Source: Macrostomum lignano (lineage: Eukaryota). Taken from it: 64,000 bases of DNA. The stretch lies in NCBI GenBank assembly GCA_002269645.1, contig NIVC01000583.1, positions 62,001-126,000 on the forward strand. The letters are read 5' to 3'. A model generated the notes under the pieces. It saw only the letters and a list, made by a program, of their open reading frames with translations, searched no databases and had not been told where the DNA came from. A program made the translations under genes and the position numbers. Below, piece by piece: positions 24,521 to 37,155 of the stretch (positions are counted from its first letter, which is position 1; each line of letters starts with the position of its first letter).

Positions 24521-27500
24521 GTTGCACCAATCATTTATTCATTGATCAATAAGCCATAGCCTATCCTGAGTTATTTGTCCATAGGACATAAAACAACTAA
24601 ACAGTTCTCATCTCAAAGAAAGCTCTGGGACTAATTCCTTTTGTAATATGTAAATATTACATATTAGACATATTATTAGACTAGACATATTATACTAGTC
24701 TTAGTAGTAATTTTAGGCAATCAAGAAAATTAATTGGTCTAACATAAAGGTACTTATATTTAAATGCTTATATACTCATTTTTGGTCATTTTTGGTCAAA
24801 TGAACTTGATGTGTATTTATAAGACAGTTTGTTCCATCTAATCATATATTTGTGTTAACAAAAAGGAGCAGAAATAATTTGTTATCGTAGGAGCCCTTGT
24901 CTTGCTCCACTCATTTGTTAGTTAATTCTATTTTCCCTAGTGCGCCCAGCTCTTTAGTAATTGTCTGGGTCTTTGAGAATTATGACCATAAATAATTCAA
25001 TCATATGCGCAAAAGTTCACAGTTAAAATCCATATCAGAACTATAATTATTTAACAACTTTTTGATAAATTATGTTTTTAGAGCAGGAAAATTATATATT
25101 CAATAAAAAAGATTGATGTTTCAATGAATACTTTTTGATTATAGGAATGTCCAATATATAACCAATTTATTTAGGCCTATGATCATCAAAGAAGCTAGGC
25201 CTAGTTTTTATAAAATGATAAAAAAATAATGTTTTCATTATTCATTATTTATTATATTATTTATTATTTAATTACCATTTTGGTAAATAAGCTTCTTAGA
25301 TCATAGGGATATAAAAACAAAACAAGATTTGAATCAAGTTGGGAATTATAGGAAAAAATGTCAATATCATATTTAGTACCCTAATGACAATGACTAGGCT
25401 CTATTGATAGTAGGATAAGAAAGTTTTTTAGTGCAATATTAGTTATATAGATTAGATTCTTACATTTGGACTAAGCCAAAGGACAAACTATGAATGAATG
25501 GCTTTTGATGTGTTTTGTAAAACATTGATGAAAAATTATCCATTTTTACATTGTTTTCTTTATGGCTAGCCTTAGGCATTTCATCTGCATACTTTAGAGG
25601 TAGGGCTAGGCCTAGGCCAAAATACTTATGTTTAATTTTTTTAAATATAGGTTCTTAAGATAACTGCTGGCAAATTGATGTATCATTATATCAATGACAT
25701 ACAAACCTTGTCAGGTGAAGGAATAAGATTGTCAGAGAAGAACAAGAATTCATATGCATTCATTTTGTCGATTGTTTCTTCTTAATCTTAGCTATGCCTA
25801 TAGCTGAAGTTTTAGGTTAGGCTTACTCTTATCTGGTAAAATTAAGTCTAGGCTTTTGGGTATGTTAATAGGCCTACGGAATTAGCGTAGCTGCTGAAGA
25901 CTGAGGCGGATACGACCTACAACGCGGCGACGCTAAATAAAGATCGTTTAAAATTTGCTTTTATTAGGATCTTCTCTAGTAGACAAGACACATTATGTTT
26001 CTTGATGGAAACAAAAACTTTAGTTATTTTTGTACGCTGCAAGCCTGCAATACTTATACAATCATGAGTTGTGACAAACGGCTGTGCTGTGGTCCTGTGG
26101 TGTATCGTCGGGTGCGACTGCGACCGCATAGATAAAATATTTCATTGCTTGCTAATTTTTTTTATTTCTGCGAAACGATTTTTTGTGTTAGTGGCGGCAT
26201 GTCAACTGTATTTATAACAGCATTATATAATATTCCAATGGTTTATTCTGTTTTCATTACTTTTGAATGAACGCTACATTAAAATATTAAAAGTTATTTC
26301 TCTGAGCTATTTTTTAAGAAAATATCACCAACAGTGCAAGATAAACGATGCTGAAGTGTACAGTCGCCTTCCATATACAATTGAGGCAACTTGAGGTTGA
26401 AGTAAGTTAAGTCAACTTAACTTGAGGTATAGTCCTCGCTCGCTACAGCACTACAGTGATCTATGTGTAGCTAATGCATGTGCAGTTCGATGCCGTAGAA
26501 TAATATGAAGATTTCCATCGCATACATACTCGACTACTATAACCCGTGGTTTCACATGTATATGCTAGTTCTTCGGTTCTAAGTGGAATATAAATGCATG
26601 CATGCACATGCATTTCCGTTAATTCTCAAAAAGTCTCGAACTCTAACCTGTACGTTTACTATAACCTATAAATGGTCATTGTAGTAATTCATCGATTAAT
26701 ATTTATTACACACACTTAATTACACACGGTAGTTGTAAAAAGCTAAGTGGGCTTTTTCCATGCAACTATATAATTAAAAGCCAATCCACTGTGTGTACCA
26801 CAAGCAATGTGTCGCAATCATTTACTGCATGGCAGGTAAGCGCCCGCTGTGCCGACCGCCGTCGACTCGAGGGGTGTGTGTTAATTTGCCGTCGATTCGA
26901 TGTTGAGTCGAGCCTTTTCCGGGCTAATGGATGTCGATTCGACGGCAAACAGTCGACATGTTTTCGACGCTTTCGACATGTATTCGACTACCTCTCCCCT
27001 GATTCGACACGCATTCGACATATATGTATATGTATATGTAAACATGTGACTTATGTTTTTGTAGGCCTTGATCGTGACAGAAACAGAATAATTTATGGTA
27101 GCTAATGGCACATTCTATTAACATCTGAAACAAATGATGGGTTTCGACCTTTCAGGCCCCTTGTGAGGAAGCCTTCGGGCCTCAGGCCTCAGAAATAAAT
27201 CAATTAGAGTCCTGGCCCCCCACTCCTGTCAGATGGTCAGCCCCATGGTAGCTTGATCGTGTGGCGAGCAGTCTAGGTCCTATAGCTAAGAGAGGGACAG
27301 CGAGAGACAAGCAGGGAGAATTTTGAAGGTAGAAATTAGCTCATCCGCAGACTAAGCTAACTCGCTGCCACCAGCCCGTGCGTCCTGGCTCACCACACCG
27401 GGACTCTCGAAATCGGGCTTCCGACTAGAAGGGGCTTTGCACTTACCTGCCAACTAGTGTCTTTTTGCTGTCAATCTCGAAGTCATAGCCGATGATAAGG

Positions 27501-30500
27501 GACACTGCTGGGACTAGATCGCATTGACCATGCAGGTACAGAGGGGACTTGTGCAGGGGATTCTTGCAGTGGCGAGTCTATGGGGTAGCTACATGTACTA
27601 TTACATTGCTAAATACGAAGATATGTACTTTTGGCCTTCGAAGCGCCAACTAGCCTCTCATAGCGCTGATGATAGACTAACTCGAACTTCAGAGACCGCA
27701 TGATTCATTACCCGAGCCGCTTGGCTAGCCTAGAGTGCACAAAGTACATCTCTGGCGCCGATTCTGTACTTCTGGCAGTTTTGCTCACTGATTTGGTAGA
27801 TTGATCGACTGAGAACCGCCTTGTCATTGGTCCACTGTGACCGGCGCCTACTAGCTTAGTTACCCATCTGAGCCATCGGCGAACAAAGAAACAAAACCGA
27901 TAAAAATAACTGTTAGATTTAACCTTCTCCTTAGTTCACTTCACACTTCAGATTGAATTGGAGTTTTAGACTACTAGCAGTATTATTGAATGATTTCTGC
28001 CTCAGCAACAGCACTACTGAACAAAATGAGCAAAAGTGTGCGCCTAATTCAGCTACTGAAACAGGGGACAGATAGGGAATCACCCAATCAAGCAAGTCTA
28101 GGTAGCCTCTCACCCAACCAATCAGAAACTCAACAGCCGGAGACCAGGTAATCCACAGTGACCGAATCGGCTTGATGCTCTGCAGCTGTAGACTCGGGAT
28201 GATGCTGTCACAATCTTCGCTGTTAGCTAGCAGGTGATGCTCTTCACTTGATGTTCGCTGCTGATGACCGGGGGACTCGTCCTTGATGATGATGGGGGGG
28301 GGGAGTCGCAATCCGGGGATTAAGAAACGACGGTCAGGCTCCGGGAGGTCTCAAGCTAGGCCAAGTTCCCAGGAGGTTGAGGTCCGAGCGGGCCAAAAAC
28401 ACCGGTTTAAATAGCCGCCAACTAGACCGCAGTTTGTTATAATGGAACACGTCGATTCTGATTGGCTGAGCTGTTTTGTTAAAATGAGCGTCGAATTTTC
28501 TGATTGGCTAAGCTTGTTGCCACCCAGAATCACGTGACCGAGAGATACTATCAGTTCCCACAGGGTCGTAAAAAGATGACAGGTGCGGCCATAAATCAAT
28601 CAAAATCGCAACAAAATGATTTATGACTTTTCGCGTAGGATTGACAGAAATTAATGAAAAAATATACATTAGAAAGCTCTTATTAAATAGAAAGTGAAGA
28701 TAATGAAGAGAAATTGCTAGTCGCTAATCCCAAAGTACTTTTAGGGGTAAAACGCATAGCTGTCAAAGCTGTCACACGCTTGAGTGAATCCGAACAATAG
28801 GCTCTGACCTCATAAATCTTGATGGCCTGTCAAAATGATGAGAAAAAAGCTACCGCCCGCATCCTCTCAGACCATCTTGCGCCCGTCTCAACACTGAGTG
28901 AGGCGCAGGTGGCTGTCAGACCAGCTTCGAAAGCGATGATTTATGACCCAAAAAGCAATGCCTATGTTATTATGACTACTAGTATGACCAAACATTATAT
29001 CTAGTATAGATTCTATGACTATTCGCAGAAAAAGGATAAAAATGCCCCTTGCCCACTGTTAGTAGGCAAGTAAGTTTAGAGCCCATGTGCTAGCGCGGGA
29101 TTTGGGAAAAAGTGCGTCCTCATCACAAATAAATGTAAGAAAAAGTTTTTATAGATTTTCAGTCATATATTGTAACAAAGCGCAAAAAAATTCCATGTTA
29201 ACAACAACAGGTTTGGTTAGGTCAAGAGCAACATGTATTTGCAAGTTAAAATGAGAATAAGCACAAATTAAACCATAATTAAATTTGCACTTTGAGTAAC
29301 AAAAAAGTGCTTAGCAGCATCTATTGAAGGTGCCAACGAAAGCTTCAATACCAGTTCAGGTTTCTTGCTATTGCTCAGCTTAGGTTGTTCATGTCCACAG
29401 TCAGTCCTGCTGTTTAGCAACCAGCGTGACCAACTCCTTGTAGTCTTTATAGTGTAGGACTTGATCAGCCATTATGAAGCTAGCTGAAATGTGTTTAAAA
29501 AAGGAAGTCTATATAAATACAAAAAATATATATGTATAATCGTTAAAGCAGAATTGTTTGAACATTAGTAAATTTGCAAAACATTAACAAAGTACTCAAT
29601 GCGGACAAAAGATATCTTAGAGTAAAAAATTAATACATTCAATAAAATTTGTACATTGTGGATTATGTATATTATGGCTTTATTGTTTTAAAAAGAAAGT
29701 TACTTCGTGTCACGCAGATATATTACTTATTTTTTCAAACTGTAATTGTCGAATTAGCGGCAATTTTTTGATAAATCGAAAAATCGAAGCCTAGTCGATG
29801 CAATTCGAAACCCGAAAAATAGCATTAAGAGTTACTGTACTATATTTTTCACATTTTGAACATAATCCAACCAGTTTAATGAAAAATTAACGATTTTTCA
29901 ACTTCGACGCAAATTCGAAATCATCCCCTCGATTCGAAGTCGATTCGACAGCTGCGTGCACAGCGGGCGAATTTATGAGAGCAAATTGCTCCATTTAATT
30001 ATGGCTAACCTCAATCTCGTGGAGCCGACTCATACACTGTACATGTATATAGTAATTTTCTTTTAACAGCTAAGACTTAGCTCGTACGTACATCTACATG
30101 TACATGCATGAAATTCGGGAAAATGCAACTGCAGCGATTATTTGATATGCTTTAAAATGCAAAGACTTTGGTAAAGATGTTATTTGACAGCTTACTCGAA
30201 TTTTTTATCTCTCGAATGTATAAATATTGTCACCATGCATCTTCCGCAATTGGTTATTCTCGAATGCAACAGCAGGAACGCATGGTTTTTTTTAGAAAGG
30301 TATGCCCCGAATTATCGCAATGGCAGTTCACGACAGATGTTGTATGAGCTATTTCTATACTAGTAGAGACGGTGCATGACATGACTCGGCGTAAATTTTC
30401 TTCCCAATCTGCTCAATTGTCCCTCTGCGTGCGTCATTCATCTCAAACCAATGATCGAGCAGCGGACATGGCATGCATGTGCATGCAGCAGTTAATCATA

Positions 30501-30582
30501 AAAGACTGATAACGGCTGCATAAATCTGACATTTCACAGACCGCGGATCAGTTCAATTCAACGCACAGGGGATCGATCAAAA

Positions 30583-32200
30583 ATGTCAAAAGAATTTACT
30601 CAATCCGACCGCAACAAGTCAGAAGCTGTCGATTTTCTAGATGAAGACTTAACGCAGTACTTTGGAGCTCCTCTGCTGATTGGATCCGGCGTTACCATGG
30701 TGATCCTGGCAGTCTGTCAATATCTGCTACGACGTCGACAATTTAACGTTCTGACGTCGGCGCCGTACAATCTCGGCTGCCTGATGCTCGCGCGCTGGAG
30801 CTGCGCGATCGATCTGGCCAATCTGGCCTGCCGAGCGGCACTGATCCTGGCCGATTTGGCCATTTTCAGCCAGCCGACGACTGTGCAGCAACAGCACAAT
30901 GCCGAGACTGGCTGGTCAGCGGCGGCTTGGCTGTGCAAGCTGCGTCAGCTGAGCGAAAGCTGCATCAACACTGCTCAGGTTTGTTGCAGCACCTTTGTAC
31001 TGCTTTGCCCTTTGCTAGTCTTTGATTCAATGCTTTAAAACTGATTTTGATGAGATTAGATCAGGTTAGCTGCGGAAAGGGATCTTTCTGCAGGCCCCCG
31101 AGCAGCGGAATGGGCAGCAAGGCCTTACCAAATGCTAGGACTTCTAAGATCAAATACGCAGGTGGATACATACGGAGGTACGCATTCATCTAGTGTGCAC
31201 AGCAGGTTGGGATTGTACGAGCTCTCTGTCCCTTGGGGGTTGGCCACAAAGGAAGTACATTGAGTCGCAAAACCAGCTCCAAGGCCAATTTCCGTGCAGA
31301 AACTGCAAATTATTCGGCGAAACCCGGGCAGACTTTGATCGGACGAGGCACTATTAATCGACCTTCCTTAACCCTTTCAAACCCCTTTCTGCCTTAACAA
31401 CCAAGGTGTGGATTCTAACAGCTTTCGCGGCCGAGCGCGCCGCCACCCTGGCGCCCAATGCCATCACCTGGCGCCGGCGCTTCAGCCCGCGCAACATCCG
31501 CATGGCGGCCTACGCGTCTGCAGCCGTTGCCGGGGCGGCCTATCTCAATCTGCTCTGGGTGTACCACGTCAGCAGAGTCCAGCCAGCCGGGTATCTCGTC
31601 TGCGGAGTTATTAGATCCTTCCACTCCATCTATAAATTGGCTGTGTACCTGGATTTGCTACTGAATGCGTACCTGCCAGGCGCCACTTGCGGTCTCTGCG
31701 TCGCCTACAGCATGTGGCACCTCGCCTTCCAAGGCTGCCGGCTGCCGAATCTGCCACTGCCCGCACCGGTCGGCGATGTCTTTGCCAGTCGGCGACTTGC
31801 GCATCGACTGGACGCCTGGGCCACGCCGGTGCACCTGTGCTTAGTGGCGATCTGCTATCCGCCACTGGCGCTTGCCGGGCTGGTCAAGACTGAGTCTGTG
31901 TTGTCGAGGACTCCCGTGCCATCAGAGCAGAATTATCTACTGAGCTTCCTGCTCCTACTGCTGAGAATGGTGCTCAGCTCGCTGGTTTTTGCCAGCTATG
32001 TTGCAGCTTCAATCTTTGCCGATGGAGTTGAGAATAATTGTCTTCGTTGGCGAAGGCGATGGCAGAGGCGTCAGGAGGAGCCGCTGGAGATGCTGGAGAT
32101 GCAGCCGATGCAATTGGCTCAGCCGAAATCAGATGTCAGTGGTGATGATCGGCTGGTTGCTGAAGTTTCTGATGTTACGGCGGAGATTCATGAGATCTGA
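30583..32200 (+). CDS. Class A (rhodopsin-like) orphan GPCR, 396 aa, two exons
   Basis: Exons 30583-30978 and 31406-32200 (phase 0, CAG|gtttgt...caag|GTG). Multiple hydrophobic helices, TM3 Cys (WLCK), WILTAFAAER (DRY-equivalent), ECL2 Cys (YLVC) and AICYPP in TM6. Confidence 0.8.
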
Positions 32201-32329
32201 GAGGATGAACTTCACTGCATATTGGAGTGGATAATTCAACTCTGCGAGGCTGACACTAAAGATTTAGGAGAGCCTCTGTGTTATTTAAGTCTGATCAAGC
32301 TTGTCAAGCTTTCAAGTTTTTCAATATGA

Positions 32330-32830
32330 GGAGTGACAATTCTATGACGTTTGGAGTGACTTCTATGACCTGTGGAGTGACAATTCTATGACCTGTGAAG
32401 TGACTTCTGTGACATGTCAAGTAACAATTCTTTGACCTGTCAAGTGACAATTCTACGACCTGTGGAGTGACAATTCTGTGACCTGTGGAGTGAAAATTCT
32501 ATGACCTGTAGAGTGACAATTCTATGACCTGTGGAGTGACAATTATATGACCTGCCAAGTGACAATTCTACGACCTGCCAAGTGACAATTCTATGACCTG
32601 TGGAGTGACAATTCTATGACATGTAGAGTGAAAATTCTATGACCTGTGGAGTGAAAATTTTATGACCTGTAGAGTGACAATTCTATGACCTGTGGAATGA
32701 ATTTTATGATCTGTGGAATTACTTTTGTGATCCGAAGAGTGACTCTTATGATCAGAGGAGTGCCTCTTATGATCAGAGGAGTGACTATAATTTGAAGAGT
32801 GACTTTTATGATCAGAGGAGTGACTTCTAG
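32330..32830. repeat. ~23-bp degenerate minisatellite (ggagtgacaattctatgacctgt) 3' of the GPCR
   Basis: Direct tandem copies, degenerating toward the right. Confidence 0.9.
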
Positions 32831-34350
32831 GATCTGCGAGCAGAGTCTACTGTAGGTTAGGTAGGCTTTTACACAAATATTTAGAAAGTAAAAGCTAAAG
32901 TGCTAGAGTGAATCTTGGTCAATAGCGTATGTAAAATGTCAAAGGATAAGCGTCATTGATTTTAACTAGCGCCGAGTAAAAAAACTCAGTCGTAACTATC
33001 AAGTCGTCAGTCGTTCTCATACGATATAATTCCACTTTTTTAATGTTTGCCCGTCTAGCTCGTGTATTCTTGATTTCAGCGAAGAATTAAAATGCTTCGT
33101 AGTTTGCTGAAATGCATTCGTTCGCCACGTCCCATGCAGTTGCCCCCGTCTATAAACTAAATATTCTCTGTTCGTTGCAAAAAAAATTCATGAATCCAGT
33201 TGTTATTGTCAGAATTTTTAGATTTGCTTTTAGATTTAGATTTAATGCACAGACGTTCGGCTTTCGCCATCTGTCGGCATAATGCGAAAGTCTAGGGAAT
33301 ATCGAGTACTTTTGCGAACGTCATAATGATGCACAGGATTCCTTCATTCTGTATTATTTTTTGGTTTAAATTTCGTTAAAAAGTTGAGCTACATAGCTTT
33401 TTGAGCTGTGCTTTTCACATGCACAGCTTGAATTGTTGCTATAGAAACCATGCGATGATGCTTTGATGCTCGGCTGATATTGGCACCAACTCAAGGCCAG
33501 TTCAATGGCCAGTCAGAAGTTAAAGACGGAAACCTTGAGGGCCTACAGATTTTCCAAGAAGCTTCACATGCGACCGGCAAGCACAAATTAGCTAATTGAA
33601 AATCGAAGCATGCGGGCTGCGGCTCGCCTGACACTTCCTGTGAGCGAAAGAAGCATGTTGGCAAAATTGATCTTGTGATCACCAACTTAACGCCTCCTGT
33701 AGTTGTCTAACATTTTTTATAAACAACTCCAAGCGCCAGCGCTATCTAAGACCCGCCTTCAAGACTGCTATCTTCATCACAAGTGCACTCTTTGATACCA
33801 GCCTTCAAGACTGCTGTCTTCATCACAAGTACACTCTTTGATACCAGCCTTCAAGACTGCTGTCTTCATCACAAGTACACTCTTTGATATCAGCCTTCAA
33901 GACTGCTGTCTTCATCACAAGTACACTCTTTGATATCAGCCTTCAAGACTGCTGTCTTCATCACAAGTGTAATGACTCAGAAGTCAGTCTCAATTTTGCA
34001 GTGCGAAAACGCTTGGCCCTCCAAGTAGGGCGAGAGCGCCGATATATATTTTTGGGCCTTTAGGTCTCGACCAATCACGTGCGGCCGCGTAGGCATAACA
34101 GGCATAAAAAGGGGGAGGAAAGCCGGGGGTACAGTGTACACAAACTAAGTACAGTGCGTGAGCACCCACACTGCTAGGCACCCCGTTTAGCAAAAGCAAG
34201 CGAGTGCAGGGCTGCGGCATGACAATTCTCCCCGAGTGGAATAAAAATAATTGGGATGTGGACTAAAAAAAGGAATATTGGAGGCAACATGATTGCCAGA
34301 AATAAATAGCGAAGCGCGCACGAAAGTTCGCAAGAAAATCAAACAGTCAG

Positions 34351-37155
34351 TTAGCGCATGCGCAAATCAGCTTCTTTATAGTTCTTGTCTCCGTCTTTGG
34401 CCTGGCGCGGGTGCGGCCGAGCCGCGATCGGCGACTCCACCTCGTCCGAGCTGCCTGGGATGCCAGGCGGCTGCGGCGCCGGCCCGGCTGGCTGGTCTGG
34501 TGGTTCTGGCAGCCGCTTGACCTGCGTGGCGTGCCTGCGGCAGGTGGTGTCGTCGCGCTGCATGACCAGCGAGTCGCCGAGCACTTCGGACACGACCCAC
34601 GGCGTTGACTCGTAGAAGGCGTCGGCCTTTTGTCTGGACTGCAGCTGTCGCAGGACGCGGTCTCCTGGCCGAATGTCGTGGTCTGCTGCCTTGGCCCTTT
34701 GGTCGGCGTAGTGCTTCATCTTCTCCTTGGACTGCTGGTCCTTGTCCTTGATGGCTGCTCTCGTCACGTCCACCGGCTGCGAGTGCTGGAGGTTGGGAAT
34801 CGTGTCGATGATCTGCCGCCCGAACAGGAGGCTGGCGGGCGCGATCCCAGTAGCGCTGTGCGGAGTGTGTCTGTACGCGGCCAGGTACTCGTCGATCGCT
34901 GCCGTCCAGTCCCTGCCTTCGGCTACGGCCGCACGGATGGCCTTGTTGAGTCCCTGGTTGCACCTTTCCGTAGCGCCGTTGGCCTGTGGGTACAGCGGAG
35001 TGATTCGATGGTGCCTGGCGCCTTGGTCCGCCAGGAAGCTGCTGAACTCGGCCGACGCGAAGGGCGGGCCGCTGTCGGTCGTCACTTTCATCGGCTGCCC
35101 GAAGATGCTGAACCAATTCCGAAGCACGCGAATGACTGCGGCGGCGGTGGTGCTGGACATGACCTCGACCAGTGGGAAGCGCGAGAAGTGGTCCGTGCAG
35201 ACGAGCAGCGACTTACCGTTGACGGGCCCGAGGAAGTCCATGCCGAGCTCCAGCCAGGGCGCCGCCGGTAGTTCGGTCGGCTTGAGCGGCGTCCCCTTCG
35301 GCGTGGTCTCGCGGGTGCAGATCTGGCAGCTCAGGCAGGCCGCCACGTGAGACTCGACTGATGCTCGCATGCTGGGCCACCAGACCTTGGCTTGAAGGCG
35401 ATCCAGCGTCTTTCTGATGCCCTGGTGGCCTTGATGCGCCAGCTGCAGGCATCGGTAGCGCAGTGCTGTTGGCATGAAGATCTGGCCCTGACGCAGCAGC
35501 AGGCCGTCGAGCTCGGACAACTCGTGGGCGACGCCGTGCAGCCTTCTCAGGTTCGGGTCGCTCTTGTCCCAGCGATGACCGCGGATGCCATGGAGCGCAG
35601 CTTGGACTGTGGCATCTTGGTCGGAGGCCGCTTTGATGGTCGCCAGGCTGATGGACACCGGCGTTGCCGCTTGGACTGCCGTGGCCACGTAGATGGCGTC
35701 TTCTTGCTCACCAACGTTGTTGGGCGGCATCGGCAGCGGCTGGCGGCTCAAAACGTCGGACGGGTTGTTGGCGCCGGGCTGGTACACCACCTGGAACACG
35801 AGGTCTTGCAGCCGCAGTGCCATTCGCTCGATCCTTGGCGGTGGACGAGATCCCGGGCTGAACAGCGAGATCAGCGGCTTGTGGTCGGTGATGACCTTGA
35901 ACTGTCCGCCGCCGCTGAGGTAGTGATGGAATTTCAGGCCGCCGTACTTCACTGCCAGGGCCTCGCGCTCCGTCTGGGAGTAGCGCTGCTCCGTCGGGCT
36001 CAGACTGCGGCTGGCGTAGGCCACCGGCCGTGTCGATCCGTCAGGCTGCACCTGGGCCAGGATGGCGCCGACGCCGGTCGGGCTGGCGTCGACGATCAGC
36101 TGGGTCTGCAGTTCGCTGTTGAAGAACGCCAGCGCCTGGCTGCTGGAGATCGTGCGCTTGATGTCGTTGAAAGCGGCTTCCTGCTGCTCGCCCCAGGTCC
36201 ACTCGGCGGCTCGCTTCGTCAGCTCCCGCAACGGCCGAGCTCTGTCGGACAGGTTGCTGATGAAGCGGGCCACGAAGGTGACGAGGCCCAGGAAGGAGCG
36301 GACCTCGGTCGCGTTGGTTGGCCGCTTGAAGCTGCGGACGGCCTCCACCTTCTCCTTGCTCGGGTGGATGCCGGCGGCCGTGAGGCGCATGGCAAGGAAG
36401 TCGACCTCCCGCTGGGCGAATCGACACTTCTTGGCGTTCAGTGTGATGTTGCTCTCCTTTAGCCGAGCCAGGCAGTCTCGAAGACGCTGATTGTGCTCCT
36501 TGATGTCCTTCGCGTACACCAGGATGTCGTCATGCACCCAGCGTACGCCCGGGAGACCGCTCAGGACGGAGGTCATCACCCGCTGCAGGATCTCCGAGGC
36601 GGATGTATAGCCCATGCAGAGACGGCGCAGTCGCAGGAGGCCGATGGGCGTGGAGAACGTCAGCAGGTCCCTGGACTCCTCGGCGACTTCAATTTGATGG
36701 AAGGCTTTGGCGACGTCAAGCTCTGAGAAGTACTCAGACCCGGCAATCTCATCAGTCACCTCCTCGAATGTCGGGATCGGTTGTTTTTCCGGGACCACGT
36801 ACTTGTTGACCTGGCGTAGATCTTGGGTGATGCGCACCTCTCCCTGCTCGGCCTTCGGGACCGCCACCATCCTGGAGCACCAGGCTGTTGGGCCGTGCAC
36901 GCGCTCGACGATGCCTTGTGCCAGTTGGTCCTCGAGCTCCTTGACAACTGCTGCCCTCAGGTGGACTGGTACGCGGGACGGTGGCTGGCAGACTGGGTTG
37001 GCATCTGGCCTCAGCTTGATGGTGACGCTGACTCCCTTGACGCATCCGATGCCTTGGAAGCGGTCGCTGAAGCCTGCCAGGATGCTCTGGAGCTGCAGTT
37101 GCTTGGTCAGATGACGGTCCTCGCAGTCCGCTGGCTTGGCCAGGCTGGCCACCAT
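34351..37155 (-). CDS. Retrotransposon Pol: RT, RNase H, integrase
   Basis: RT (RITQDLRQVN, FSELDVAKAFHQ, WVHDDILV), RNase H (LIVDASP, TEREALAV, TDHKPL), integrase HHCC (HQGHQG..CLSC) and D,D35E-type core (MDFLG..TDSG..GATER). Confidence 0.95.
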   Translation of the reverse strand: MVASLAKPADCEDRHLTKQLQLQSILAGFSDRFQGIGCVKGVSVTIKLRPDANPVCQPPSRVPVHLRAAVVKELEDQLAQGIVERVHGPTAWCSRMVAVPKAEQGEVRITQDLRQVNKYVVPEKQPIPTFEEVTDEIAGSEYFSELDVAKAFHQIEVAEESRDLLTFSTPIGLLRLRRLCMGYTSASEILQRVMTSVLSGLPGVRWVHDDILVYAKDIKEHNQRLRDCLARLKESNITLNAKKCRFAQREVDFLAMRLTAAGIHPSKEKVEAVRSFKRPTNATEVRSFLGLVTFVARFISNLSDRARPLRELTKRAAEWTWGEQQEAAFNDIKRTISSSQALAFFNSELQTQLIVDASPTGVGAILAQVQPDGSTRPVAYASRSLSPTEQRYSQTEREALAVKYGGLKFHHYLSGGGQFKVITDHKPLISLFSPGSRPPPRIERMALRLQDLVFQVVYQPGANNPSDVLSRQPLPMPPNNVGEQEDAIYVATAVQAATPVSISLATIKAASDQDATVQAALHGIRGHRWDKSDPNLRRLHGVAHELSELDGLLLRQGQIFMPTALRYRCLQLAHQGHQGIRKTLDRLQAKVWWPSMRASVESHVAACLSCQICTRETTPKGTPLKPTELPAAPWLELGMDFLGPVNGKSLLVCTDHFSRFPLVEVMSSTTAAAVIRVLRNWFSIFGQPMKVTTDSGPPFASAEFSSFLADQGARHHRITPLYPQANGATERCNQGLNKAIRAAVAEGRDWTAAIDEYLAAYRHTPHSATGIAPASLLFGRQIIDTIPNLQHSQPVDVTRAAIKDKDQQSKEKMKHYADQRAKAADHDIRPGDRVLRQLQSRQKADAFYESTPWVVSEVLGDSLVMQRDDTTCRRHATQVKRLPEPPDQPAGPAPQPPGIPGSSDEVESPIAARPHPRQAKDGDKNYKEADLRMR

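Noticed and set aside
23220-26130. Candidates for the missing first TGFBRAP1 exon
   Set aside because: No ATG-initiated phase-0 exon resembling the family N-terminus was found by eye.
27140-27200. Hammerhead-ribozyme-like motif (minus strand ggcct-gaa-aggtc-gaaac)
   Set aside because: The stem II and GAAAC match, but the required CUGANGA core is absent (cacaagg instead).
27200-28600. Retroelement ORF or stop-codon-recoded gene in a GC-richer block
   Set aside because: The three minus-strand frames translated over ~27150-27870 showed stops at roughly random frequency and no recognisable motif; the ORF track shows nothing recognisable for the rest.
28819-29004. LINE RT fragment (TARILSDHL..SEAQVAVRP)
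   Set aside because: Only a short resemblance with no flanking RT motifs.
29300-29480. Small minus-strand ORF MADQVLHYKDY.. with a SAP-like KKPELVLKL in another frame
   Set aside because: Needs a frameshift and is too short to support.
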